Virus record (IMG/VR): IMGVR_UViG_3300048929_000258
Coordinates: 1 to 63,992 of that record
Strand: one strand, 5' to 3'
DNA from: a virus
DNA: 63,992 nt
How positions within the stretch are numbered: the stretch's first letter is position 1; the number at the start of each line of letters is the position of its first letter. Below, one piece after another: positions 23,606 to 32,065 of this stretch. The notes beneath the pieces were generated by a model, which made no database searches, had not been told where the DNA came from, and saw nothing but the letters and a program-made list of their open reading frames with translations. Made by a program: the position numbers and the translations under genes.

Positions 23606-26453
23606 GATTTATTACCTCATCAAGTAGCAGCGCCTTCTTGATGCCCAATCGGCGCCAGCCTTTTTGCATATCGCACCGCAGCAGCCACCAGCTTCCCGTA
23701 GGCGCGTTCAAAAACGGCTTGCTCAGCATCGCATAGTCGAAGAAAGCGACAGTGCCCATAATCTTGTCAGTGTCATCCTCAAACTCCATGTTTAGCCAAA
23801 ACTCCTTGGCGGTAGGAACGCGCTTGCCACCTCGCCGTGACAGAGCCTGCGTCTCGTTGCGCGAACGGATATCCTTGGTGTTCAGTTTGACGATGACGCA
23901 GATGGTTCCTGACATCTGATCATCAATCTCGATCAGGCGGTGGATTCGATCCGCATTGACGATCTGTACCGGGTTGTCGCGCGGATTCTCATACACACGC
24001 CCGAACCGGCGCGCTGCCGGGAAAAGATCGCTGTACATGAGAGGTGGATTGGCTAGCAGCGCATCCTGCTTCTTGCTCAGCGTTCCTTCGTCGCGCGCCT
24101 TCACGAGCGCCTTAGCGGTCTTCTCCGCGACACCCTTGATGGAGACCATTCCGCCTAGCACCGCACCATTGTGGATGGTCCAGTTCACTCCGCTGTGCTC
24201 ACGATCAAAGGGTATGTACTTGATCTGACCTTCGTTCACGATCTCACGCAATAGGCGGATGGTTTGGTCTTCATCCTTCGCGTGCGCAAGCGATGCCATC
24301 GCAAACTCGGTAGCGTGATGCGCTTTGAGCCATGCGCACCAATAGCTGATGATGGCGTAGGCGACAGCATGCGAGCGATTGAAGCCGTAGGAACCGAAGT
24401 GGATCATCAGCTCCCAAATCTTGCGCGTCGCTTCCTCATCAACGTTGTTTGCGCGCGCGCCAGCGACAAAGCGTTCATAGAACTGTTCGAAGAATTCCAG
24501 ACCAAGGCTCTTGGACATCGCGCGACGAAGTATCTGCACGTCTGCCCATTCCATCGAGCCAACCTCACGCAAAAGCTGCATGACCTGTTCTTGATACAGC
24601 ACCATGCCTTGGGTCTTGGCGGTGATGCGGTCGAAGATGGGATGAATGAGTTCGACCTTCTCTTTGCCGAGTTTGCGATTGACGAACGAAGTCGCACCGC
24701 CAGAATGCAACGGGCCGGGCCGTGCCAGCGACGTAATCGCAACGATGTCTTCAAATTCATGCACGCCGATCTGTTTACAGATCGATTGGAGCGCTGGTCC
24801 TTCGAACTGGAACACGCCTACGAAGCGACCGCGATTGAGGGTGTCGAAAGCCTTGGGATCATCTAGCGGAACGTTGCGTACGTCGATTCCGGTGGTCTCG
24901 ATCAGCGACAGCGTGCGCAGACCCAGCACATCCACCTTCATCAAGTTGATAGCTTCCGCGTCCTTCTTGTCGAGCTGCGCGGTGCCTTCATCGTTCACCG
25001 TACAGTAGGTGCGCACCGGCTTGTTACAGACCAATGCCCCGGCAGCATGCACTCCAGTATGCCAGGCATGGTCTTCCAAGTTCGCTGCCTGCATCATCGC
25101 CGGATATTTGACGACGAATTGCTGACCAATCTCGATGGACTTGAAGGTGTCTTCAATACACAGCGCGGAGCGCGCATCGCCGCCGCTACGCTCGATCATT
25201 GCATCCTTGACAGCAGCAGTTTCCCAAGGTGGAATATCGAGAGCCTTTGCAACAGTACCAATCGCGCTCTTGGCTTTGAGGCGAGACACAGTACCAATAT
25301 GTGCGACGTTTGCAGCCCCGTAACGCTTTCGCAGATACTCAAAAACGATCTCACGTTTCTCATCGGGGAAGTCTAAGTCAATGTCAGGGAAGTCGTAGCG
25401 CGTCTCATCGATGAAACGCTCAAACATCAGATCATGAACAAGCGGGTCAATCTCGGTGATGTTGAGCAAGAAGCAAACCAGCGAGCCTGCTGCTGATCCG
25501 CGCGCTGGTCCTACCAGCATATGCTTCTTGGCATGGGAGCACATACCTGAAAGCATGGCGAAGTAATCGTCGAACTTCTTGGCGTGAATCGTTGCCAGCT
25601 CCAACTTTAGCCGCTTCTCATATTCATCATTCCAGACCGCAACCTTGAGCTTGATCGCCTTGCGGCATGCGCGCTCCAAGTTCATCGGATGAACGATGTT
25701 CTCTGCTTTGAGTAACTCCACTCCAGTGCAGCGCTCGCGCAGAATGTCATGCGTCTTCCAGCTCTCAGCGGGAAGATCACGCATATGGAACTTCATCTCT
25801 CGCTCGCTGAGCAGCCATTGTGGCGAAGGCTTCAACGAGATGCCCATCAACTCAGCGACAGGCTTGTCATGAACCGTTGGATAGGCCGGATCGGAACAAG
25901 GCAGCACCAGCTTCTTGAAACGCTTTGCCAGCTCAATCGCGCGGCGGCGCTGAATCGCTGACACTGGGTTCGCCTCAATACAGTCCACTGCCGGCAGCAG
26001 CGATTCAGTTATCTGCGTCGAAGCAACTTTGACGATGCCATCGGTCATCTCGCGCACATCGTCAAATGTGATCGCATTGCCTTGCGAGGAAGCGAGCGTG
26101 GTCCACCCATACAGCTCACTGAGACCATCGGTCGTTGAAGCGTAGAACACGCAGGTACGCTTGTCGTCGGAATCGAGCTGCTCCTTGACGAACAATTCCA
26201 CACCGAGAATGGGCAGCATCTCCGCTGCCTTCATTGCCTTGTAGAACGAAACATGCCCAAAGGTATTCGGATCGGTCAGCGCCATGGCTCGCGCGCCTAC
26301 GGCTTTGCCAGCTGCGATCACTTTGGTGAGCTGACCGAAGGATTTGCGGAAGTTGAACTCACTGCGAACGCGAAACTGATCCATCTGCGTGTTCCCATTT
26401 GACGGTGTAGGAGGTTGATGGGGTATAGCGTCCGCGCCAAATGCCTTCATCAT
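23592..26453 (-). CDS. dnaE: DNA polymerase III alpha subunit-like replicative polymerase
   Basis: Up to 953 aa (ATG 26382-26384, MDQFRVRSEF..., is a plausible start). It has an N-terminal PHP-like region (MALTDPNTFGHVSFYKA...GVELFV). It also has the DnaE core GPARGSAAGSLVCFLLNITEIDP...FERFIDETRYDFPDIDLDF. Confidence 0.85.
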   Translation of the reverse strand: MMKAFGADAIPHQPPTPSNGNTQMDQFRVRSEFNFRKSFGQLTKVIAAGKAVGARAMALTDPNTFGHVSFYKAMKAAEMLPILGVELFVKEQLDSDDKRTCVFYASTTDGLSELYGWTTLASSQGNAITFDDVREMTDGIVKVASTQITESLLPAVDCIEANPVSAIQRRRAIELAKRFKKLVLPCSDPAYPTVHDKPVAELMGISLKPSPQWLLSEREMKFHMRDLPAESWKTHDILRERCTGVELLKAENIVHPMNLERACRKAIKLKVAVWNDEYEKRLKLELATIHAKKFDDYFAMLSGMCSHAKKHMLVGPARGSAAGSLVCFLLNITEIDPLVHDLMFERFIDETRYDFPDIDLDFPDEKREIVFEYLRKRYGAANVAHIGTVSRLKAKSAIGTVAKALDIPPWETAAVKDAMIERSGGDARSALCIEDTFKSIEIGQQFVVKYPAMMQAANLEDHAWHTGVHAAGALVCNKPVRTYCTVNDEGTAQLDKKDAEAINLMKVDVLGLRTLSLIETTGIDVRNVPLDDPKAFDTLNRGRFVGVFQFEGPALQSICKQIGVHEFEDIVAITSLARPGPLHSGGATSFVNRKLGKEKVELIHPIFDRITAKTQGMVLYQEQVMQLLREVGSMEWADVQILRRAMSKSLGLEFFEQFYERFVAGARANNVDEEATRKIWELMIHFGSYGFNRSHAVAYAIISYWCAWLKAHHATEFAMASLAHAKDEDQTIRLLREIVNEGQIKYIPFDREHSGVNWTIHNGAVLGGMVSIKGVAEKTAKALVKARDEGTLSKKQDALLANPPLMYSDLFPAARRFGRVYENPRDNPVQIVNADRIHRLIEIDDQMSGTICVIVKLNTKDIRSRNETQALSRRGGKRVPTAKEFWLNMEFEDDTDKIMGTVAFFDYAMLSKPFLNAPTGSWWLLRCDMQKGWRRLGIKKALLLDEVINHEPN

Positions 26454-26577
26454 TCTGGATATAGAACTGGAGCGTCATGGCTTGCGTCTGCTGTATCGTT
26501 AAACAAAGCCATTTCCCCTTCCAAGGTCCATCTGAACATCGATAAAGCTTGCGTTTTGGCGCGGACAGCTTTCTCAT
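26359..26577 (-). CDS. Hypothetical protein
   Basis: 72 aa from ATG 26575-26577, 4 nt after the methyltransferase stop. The frame is open up to 26649. Confidence 0.45.
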   Translation of the reverse strand: MRKLSAPKRKLYRCSDGPWKGKWLCLTIQQTQAMTLQFYIQNDEGIWRGRYTPSTSYTVKWEHADGSVSRSQ

Positions 26578-26581
26578 GGCA

Positions 26582-27193
26582 TCACCCGATAATGTTGCCC
26601 AGTGCCACCTTTGGCGGCTCCTTGACCAGCTGACAAAGGATAGCCGCATTGCGTTCGGTTATCGCCATCAAGGCGTTGAAATGGATGCGGAACTGCCAGT
26701 CATGACGGTCCTTGTCGTACCAAGGCGCGCTGAACGTATTGCTCCACGTATCGATGGCGAAATTGTGCTTGTGGTCCAGATCGTGATGCGCCATGCTCCC
26801 CCAGTAATGTGGCACGCAGATGTTGAGCACACCATCAATTCGCAAGCAGCGCTGTATCTCGCGCAACATGCGGCGCGGATCGTGAACATGCTCAAGGAAA
26901 TGGTAGGCGTGTACACCAGCCAGGAAGCCATCAGGGCAACGCACCAGCTGCTTGCGATACAGAACGTTGCCGAGCGCTTCCTCGCTCTGGCAGCGCGGAT
27001 CGTTCGGATACACAACCTCGCGCGGCAGCTGAATCTCGTAGCGCTCCGCTTCCCAATCGGGGAAGTCGAGATTGATACAATCGGGTAGCACATGCTTGCC
27101 GCAACCAAGGTTGACGACGACGCCTGGCAGGAAGCTGAGAAGCTCAGGCAGCTGGCGCTTCATTCCCAGATTGAAAAGGTCTTGGATGTTCAT
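26582..27193 (-). CDS. Class I SAM-dependent methyltransferase (second copy of this type)
   Basis: 203 aa from ATG 27191-27193 (ATGA overlap; frame open to 27220). VVVNLGCGKHVL..INLD, AYHFLEHV and IDGVLNICVP are methyltransferase motifs. No DPPY/NPPY or PC DNA-methyltransferase motifs were seen. Confidence 0.65.
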   Translation of the reverse strand: MNIQDLFNLGMKRQLPELLSFLPGVVVNLGCGKHVLPDCINLDFPDWEAERYEIQLPREVVYPNDPRCQSEEALGNVLYRKQLVRCPDGFLAGVHAYHFLEHVHDPRRMLREIQRCLRIDGVLNICVPHYWGSMAHHDLDHKHNFAIDTWSNTFSAPWYDKDRHDWQFRIHFNALMAITERNAAILCQLVKEPPKVALGNIIG

Positions 27194-27498
27194 GCCAAGC
27201 GCTCCAGATAGAAATGCCATACAAACTCGCCAGACTGCACAGTGCTGATGTATTCCAGATTGCCATCGGGAATCTCTTGCCCTGTACCGACGACATGAAC
27301 AATCTGCCTGTAGATGTTTCGCTTCTGTTTCGGTTGAGGCGTCAAATCTTGAACAGATGACACAAACTCCATTTCAGTTTCAGCCCACATGCAAAATGCG
27401 TTGCGCTGGAGTTGAACTGATAGAGGCTTGATGGGATGAAAGGTACGAAGCTCTTGTGCATCCGTCAATCGAAGTTCGAACTTGTGAATGGTCTTCAT
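27190..27498 (-). CDS. Hypothetical protein
   Basis: 102 aa (MKTIHKFEL...) with ATGA overlaps at both ends. Confidence 0.55.
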   Translation of the reverse strand: MKTIHKFELRLTDAQELRTFHPIKPLSVQLQRNAFCMWAETEMEFVSSVQDLTPQPKQKRNIYRQIVHVVGTGQEIPDGNLEYISTVQSGEFVWHFYLERLA

Positions 27499-27755
27499 TT
27501 CTTTGCAGCCTTCTTGGTAGCTTTGGCAGGAGGATTGCCGCGCGCTTGTTCCACTTCGCAGCGCTCGATAGCTTGCACAAACATGATGACGAACATCATC
27601 ATCTCATGCACCGAAAGATTGCGCGTGTAACGACCGGGGAAATTTCCCTGAACAGTATCATCGTAGATATCCAAGCGCACCGCATCAGGAGCAATGACGG
27701 TGCATTCCGCATCTGCCATGACGAAGGTCTTGTCATCGTGCGCTTTAGCTGGCAT
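27495..27755 (-). CDS. Hypothetical protein
   Basis: 86 aa ORF tightly packed in the early operon. Confidence 0.5.
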   Translation of the reverse strand: MPAKAHDDKTFVMADAECTVIAPDAVRLDIYDDTVQGNFPGRYTRNLSVHEMMMFVIMFVQAIERCEVEQARGNPPAKATKKAAKK

Positions 27756-28053
27756 TGCTGTAGCGCTCCTTCACATATTGCTTGAACTGAGCCCACTGAT
27801 CCCCAAGCCAATAGAAGATATTGGAAGGATGATGGATGATTGCCATCGCTTCCAGATCAGTTCCACGCGCAAAGCAAGTAATCTCTGCACGCCAAAGATC
27901 ATCCACCTGAGCGGTGAGAACGATCTTGGTGACATGACTGAGCTTGTTCTCGCCAACAAACACCTGTGTGCCACGCGTATGCTGTGCACAATTGTCATCG
28001 GCGCGAGGCGCAGGAACGATGCGCGCTACAAATGCTTTCGTTTCCATCACCAT
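27745..28053 (-). CDS. Hypothetical protein
   Basis: 102 aa ORF with 7-11 nt overlaps on both neighbours. Confidence 0.5.
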   Translation of the reverse strand: MVMETKAFVARIVPAPRADDNCAQHTRGTQVFVGENKLSHVTKIVLTAQVDDLWRAEITCFARGTDLEAMAIIHHPSNIFYWLGDQWAQFKQYVKERYSNAS

Positions 28054-28634
28054 CTCCTTTCGCGCACAATCTCTACCAACGCGTGAACGTCATCCAACGC
28101 GCGGTGAGTCTGGTCAAGTTCGCGGCCCATCGTGTCCTTGTAAAGTTCGATCATGCGAGCGCGCCGACCATAGATCAGTTCGTGCGCGAGCTGAACCGTA
28201 CAGACCCATTCTTGCGGATAGGGGAATTTGAACTCCAAGCCGAGTCGCTTGAGTTCATTCACAAGCATGCCATGATCGAACGGCGCATTGTGCGCAATGA
28301 TGCGGTCTTGCTGGCGTACAACTGCAGCGATCTCAGGCAGCACTTCGATGAAGCTGGGCGCATCCTTCAGATCAGCATCGGTCAAGCCAGTGATCTTAGT
28401 GATCTCATCGGTGATGGGGATACCCGGATTGATCAGCCATACATGATCAGAGATGATGTTGTACTGACGATCAAGCGAGCTGAGTGCGAACTCGATGATG
28501 CGAGGTTGCTTATCGAGATCAGCAACATTGGGCAGGATTAGCCCTGTGGTTTCGGTATCGTACACACCAGTGCGATCATAGCCGCTGTCGAGCGGCTCAA
28601 CGACTGGCGGGGCTTTGCGCTTGGAAGGTGCCAT
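28047..28634 (-). CDS. DnaQ-like 3'-5' exonuclease (DEDDh, Pol III epsilon-like)
   Basis: 195 aa with Exo I VYDTETTGL, Exo II IAHNAPFDHGML and Exo III HRALDDVHAL. Confidence 0.85.
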   Translation of the reverse strand: MAPSKRKAPPVVEPLDSGYDRTGVYDTETTGLILPNVADLDKQPRIIEFALSSLDRQYNIISDHVWLINPGIPITDEITKITGLTDADLKDAPSFIEVLPEIAAVVRQQDRIIAHNAPFDHGMLVNELKRLGLEFKFPYPQEWVCTVQLAHELIYGRRARMIELYKDTMGRELDQTHRALDDVHALVEIVRERRW

Positions 28635-28819
28635 CAGTTCTGCTCCTGAAGATATTCTTGATATGCTGCTTGAGCTTCGCCAACTTCCTTTTCACCATTG
28701 ACGGCTTCCCAGCATTCGCGCTCCCAACGATCACCACCGCCATTGTAGTCGAACTGCTCCTTGAGTTTATCGAGCGCTGCGCCTAGCTTCTTGATCAGGG
28801 CATCTTTGTTGATGCTCAT
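28634..28819 (-). CDS. Hypothetical protein
   Basis: 61 aa, translationally coupled on both sides. Confidence 0.5.
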   Translation of the reverse strand: MSINKDALIKKLGAALDKLKEQFDYNGGGDRWERECWEAVNGEKEVGEAQAAYQEYLQEQN

Positions 28820-29280
28820 GCGTGCTGCTCCTGTGTGAGTTCTTCAAGCATCGCAGAATACACCATCATGTCGTGCGCAGAATCCTTGTTACCGCCGCGA
28901 TTGATGTTCTGTGCGTAACGAGTCAGCTTGTTGATGATGTGGCAGAAAACAAGGAAGCGATTCCACTGCTCAGACGTCTTCAGTTCCACGCCTGCCGGCA
29001 GCAGCGCAGCCATCACAGCTCCTGCCTCCTTGTAGTTGTTACCCCAGAGCTTTGCGCGCTCACGAGCGGTCCGCGCGGCAAACTCTAGAATGTCAGCGAG
29101 TGGACTGCCAGGTTTGGGTGGTGGTGCTATGATGTCTTCACCGCTTAGCATTACACATTGCTGACACTGACCGCAGAACATCGACTGTCCGTCCCGCATC
29201 GGTTGACTGGACTGGAATTGCTGTCCGCATTTCGGACAAGGGCAGCTCCATACTTCCAGATATTCAATCTGTGCTTCCAT
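28816..29280 (-). CDS. Zinc-ribbon + all-alpha MazG-like / DUF6378-like protein
   Basis: 154 aa. The N-terminus has CPCPKCG...CGQCQQC. The C-terminus RERAKLWGNNYKEAG...INKLTRYAQN...NKDSAHDMMVYSAML resembles all-alpha NTP-pyrophosphohydrolase-related phage domains. Tentative. Confidence 0.4.
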   Translation of the reverse strand: MEAQIEYLEVWSCPCPKCGQQFQSSQPMRDGQSMFCGQCQQCVMLSGEDIIAPPPKPGSPLADILEFAARTARERAKLWGNNYKEAGAVMAALLPAGVELKTSEQWNRFLVFCHIINKLTRYAQNINRGGNKDSAHDMMVYSAMLEELTQEQHA

Positions 29281-29752
29281 TTACCACCTCCACATGATGG
29301 AGCGGAATTTCATGAATGGCGACGCGTCTAACTGCCGGCACGCCTTCTGCTAGATACATGTCCAAGATGTCTTGACGATCATCAATGGCGAACTGGATGT
29401 CGTATTGCAGGCGTCGCGCATCAGCAAGCATCTCGCGCTTGATGTCGACCGAATTGAGATGACAATCGTCAGGACGCATCCAAACAATGACGTAGGGGAT
29501 GCCAAATTTTTGCAATGAGCGGAGCGTCTTGCTGCGCACTGACTCTGGACGCGAAGTGAAGATCAAGAACTTGTATTGGCGCGTCAGTTCCAGGACGTAC
29601 TCGATAGTGTCACCAGGAATGTCCAGATGGCAGTTGTCGTGATAGCGAACATATCGATCATTCACGACAGGCTGTGTGAGATCGATCATCGGATGCCGCC
29701 AGCGATCATCGAACACGCAGTTGTCCAAGTCAACGATGCAAAACGGCTTCAT
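29264..29752 (-). CDS. HAD-superfamily phosphatase (nucleotidase / PNK-phosphatase-like)
   Basis: 162 aa from ATG 29750-29752. It has a DxD nucleophile motif in FCIVDLDNCVFDD, then FLIFTSRPE, then a late acidic motif AIDDRQD. Confidence 0.55.
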   Translation of the reverse strand: MKPFCIVDLDNCVFDDRWRHPMIDLTQPVVNDRYVRYHDNCHLDIPGDTIEYVLELTRQYKFLIFTSRPESVRSKTLRSLQKFGIPYVIVWMRPDDCHLNSVDIKREMLADARRLQYDIQFAIDDRQDILDMYLAEGVPAVRRVAIHEIPLHHVEVVNGSTD

Positions 29753-29985
29753 CACAACTCCTTTGGCGGAGGATTCTCAGCCTCATGTTCTTTGAACCAA
29801 ACCCAATTGCTAATGGGCTGATAGCCAGCACCATTCGGAAACTCTACGCGTCGCGTCTCGCAACCGCGACGCATACACTTCGAATAGACATTGACGCCAG
29901 AGACGACATCGACTTGCTTGAAGCTATGACCGAGATACTTGCACAGCTTCGCTTTGGTATGCGTGATGGTGAGCTGATTGTTCAT
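29752..29985 (-). CDS. Hypothetical protein
   Basis: 77 aa, coupled to its neighbours. Confidence 0.5.
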   Translation of the reverse strand: MNNQLTITHTKAKLCKYLGHSFKQVDVVSGVNVYSKCMRRGCETRRVEFPNGAGYQPISNWVWFKEHEAENPPPKEL

Positions 29986-30287
29986 AGCAGCACGCCTCCC
30001 ATCGATTCGCCAAAATTGAAAATGCGTGTGTCTCGAAAAGCATTCCCAGAGGCAACAGCTTCCACTTTGATGTTACAGGTTTCACTTCCAGGCTGGCAAA
30101 TGAATGAATCGCCTTCGATCCAGATTGTTCCGGCGCTGAGTACCTCTACCGTCTTGAATGGCGAATCGAAGTGCACAAGATGAATGAAGCGCCTCGCAGC
30201 ATCTGCGTGTACGATGCGTTCAGAGAACAGGAAAGGGAATGCGTAGTCAGCAGCATCGGTCGTCGCTTTGAGAATGACATACTTCAC
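29982..30287 (-). CDS. Hypothetical protein
   Basis: 101 aa with a GTG start in a GTGA overlap. Confidence 0.5.
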   Translation of the reverse strand: MKYVILKATTDAADYAFPFLFSERIVHADAARRFIHLVHFDSPFKTVEVLSAGTIWIEGDSFICQPGSETCNIKVEAVASGNAFRDTRIFNFGESMGGVLL

Positions 30288-30601
30288 GGCTTGCTCCTTG
30301 AGGCATTCTTGATGATATAGCCATATGCCTTGATAGCAATGGTCAGGATATAGCGCGGAGCCTTCAGACCTTCATGATTGAAGACAGCTGCCTCCCGCGA
30401 TAAATGAGCGTGCAACTCCTGGACACATTTCGAACGCAGCATGGAGTCTTCCGTCTCGCCCGGATTCGGAAAGGTCATCTGCAGCATCCAGTCCAGAATC
30501 TCTTTGTCTGACATCTGATCCTTGGCGATGATGCGATCAATGGCCTCCTTAATCTGGGCTTTGTCACCTTCGACACGCGGCAGGAATCGATTCATGTCCA
30601 T
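30284..30601 (-). CDS. Hypothetical protein
   Basis: 105 aa ORF. Confidence 0.5.
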   Translation of the reverse strand: MDMNRFLPRVEGDKAQIKEAIDRIIAKDQMSDKEILDWMLQMTFPNPGETEDSMLRSKCVQELHAHLSREAAVFNHEGLKAPRYILTIAIKAYGYIIKNASRSKP

Positions 30602-30602
30602 G

Positions 30603-30776
30603 CTAATCCCCTGTGGTTACTTTCACTGCGTGACATTCATACAGCGTACCATCCAGCTGCAAGACGCCTTCGCGGTCGCAATGCTTGGCGGTACTCTCAT
30701 TTGCTAACTGACCGCCATACCATTCAAACAAACCGACGATTGTCAGCAAGACGATGAGAAGGATGACAGTTTTCAC
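30603..30776 (-). CDS. Small membrane protein (below the ORF-track cutoff)
   Basis: 57 aa. GTG 30774-30776 overlaps the thyX stop (GTGA). N-terminal TM segment VKTVILLIVLLTIVGLF. The stop lies 1 nt before the next ATG. Confidence 0.45.
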   Translation of the reverse strand: MKTVILLIVLLTIVGLFEWYGGQLANESTAKHCDREGVLQLDGTLYECHAVKVTTGD

Positions 30777-31525
30777 CCCCATGTCCCCTTCAGAGTATCC
30801 AGCTCCTTGAGAGCTGCGTTGATGTCGGGGAGTTCGACGGGCGAGTGGTTGCCGAGCGCTTCCTTGAGCAGCTTGTCGAGCGCGGGCGTTTGCAGGCGTT
30901 CAGGATAGAGGAATGGCTTCAGCCAAGGCATCACTTCCAATGCAGCCTTCGCCATTCCGCGAACCACATCTGCGTACTCGCCTTGCGCACGCAAGTTCTC
31001 GCGCTTGCCAACGAGATCGGCGAGCGTGCGCAAGTTCATGTGAATGCAGATGTTGGTGGCGATGTTCGTGGGAACGATGCCGCGTGCATCTTGGTTCGGA
31101 ATGCCTGCAGCCTGCGCGGCTTTGTAGGCGTCGCGGATCGCGCTCACTGCCACATCCCAAGCAGCACTTGCTTCAGGAGACATCGCGATGGAATCGGGCT
31201 TGATAACTTCACCGGCAGACAGGTCGACAACACGCTGAGCTTGCTGCGCATAGGACGCGGTACGCGTGCGAACTTGCTGATGGGTGTAGGCACGCGTGAC
31301 GCCTTGGACTTGGAAGTCGAACGTGACGAATTCCCAAGAGCTGCGAAGCGTGTTGGCAATGTAGATCAGTTCCGGTTCCAGCGTCGCGAAGTCCATCGCC
31401 AGAAAGCGCGCGAAGCCTTCTTCACCTTGCTCAAGGCGCGTGTTCTTCGTGTAGGCGAGTAACGCTGCCGCGAAGTTGGGGTTGGGATGGCCACAACCCG
31501 TGTAGTTCATGAGCGAGACTTTCAT
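30773..31525 (-). CDS. thyX: Flavin-dependent thymidylate synthase ThyX-like, with a divergent signature motif
   Basis: 250 aa. FDFQVQGVTRAYTHQQVRTRTASYAQQAQRV aligns to the ThyX block ...RQ.fRHR..S....SqRY. ARGIVPTNIATNICIHMNLRTLADLVGKRENLRAQGE matches the C-terminal ThyX block. RHR is replaced by RTR, and the second Ser and the Tyr by Ala and Val. Confidence 0.7.
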   Translation of the reverse strand: MKVSLMNYTGCGHPNPNFAAALLAYTKNTRLEQGEEGFARFLAMDFATLEPELIYIANTLRSSWEFVTFDFQVQGVTRAYTHQQVRTRTASYAQQAQRVVDLSAGEVIKPDSIAMSPEASAAWDVAVSAIRDAYKAAQAAGIPNQDARGIVPTNIATNICIHMNLRTLADLVGKRENLRAQGEYADVVRGMAKAALEVMPWLKPFLYPERLQTPALDKLLKEALGNHSPVELPDINAALKELDTLKGTWG

Positions 31526-31689
31526 TTGGAATCCTTCAGGAATTGATTGGCGCGCACAAGCGCAGAATCGAAGCGATCCCTTGCGAGTGGAAATTCGTCA
31601 TCCACAATTGCTGTGTTGCGTAGCCTGTTACCAGCTTCCACAAGTTCCAGCAATCGCTCTCTGCATTCTTTTTGCTGATCAGCATTCAT
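31522..31689 (-). CDS. Hypothetical small protein (below the ORF-track cutoff)
   Basis: 55 aa (MNADQQKECRERLLELVEAGNRL...) with ATGA overlaps at both ends. Confidence 0.45.
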   Translation of the reverse strand: MNADQQKECRERLLELVEAGNRLRNTAIVDDEFPLARDRFDSALVRANQFLKDSK

Positions 31690-31835
31690 GAGCTGTAGCC
31701 TTCAACGATGGCTTCCGCCATTGCGTTCCAAACTGCTTGGTCGCTGGGCTCTAGATTTCCCCAGCATTCCACTACACAATTGCACAGTTCGCCGTTCTTG
31801 TCAGCATACAGTTCATACAAGATTTCGCCGTTCAT
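31686..31835 (-). CDS. Hypothetical small protein (below the ORF-track cutoff)
   Basis: 49 aa (MNGEILYELYADKNGELCNCVVECWG...) with ATGA overlaps at both ends. Confidence 0.45.
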   Translation of the reverse strand: MNGEILYELYADKNGELCNCVVECWGNLEPSDQAVWNAMAEAIVEGYSS

Positions 31836-32062
31836 AATTGCTCCTTTTTGGCTGCACGAGCTTCGTTCATGCGCTCAACATTCTTCGCAATTCGTTCATC
31901 GTGAGTGTCTTTTGCGCGATCCTCAGCATATTGAGAAATTTCATTCCAGAAATCCTCTCTACTTTGGTATGACACGATCTTGCCATCTTGACGTTCCAAG
32001 AATCGCTGACTAAGAGAAATTGCAGCTCTCACAGAACGCATATTTTTGCGAGGCTGATTCAT
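31832..32062 (-). CDS. Hypothetical protein
   Basis: 76 aa from ATG 32060-32062, preceded by AAGGAG with a 6-nt spacer. Confidence 0.55.
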   Translation of the reverse strand: MNQPRKNMRSVRAAISLSQRFLERQDGKIVSYQSREDFWNEISQYAEDRAKDTHDERIAKNVERMNEARAAKKEQL

Positions 32063-32065
32063 CAA

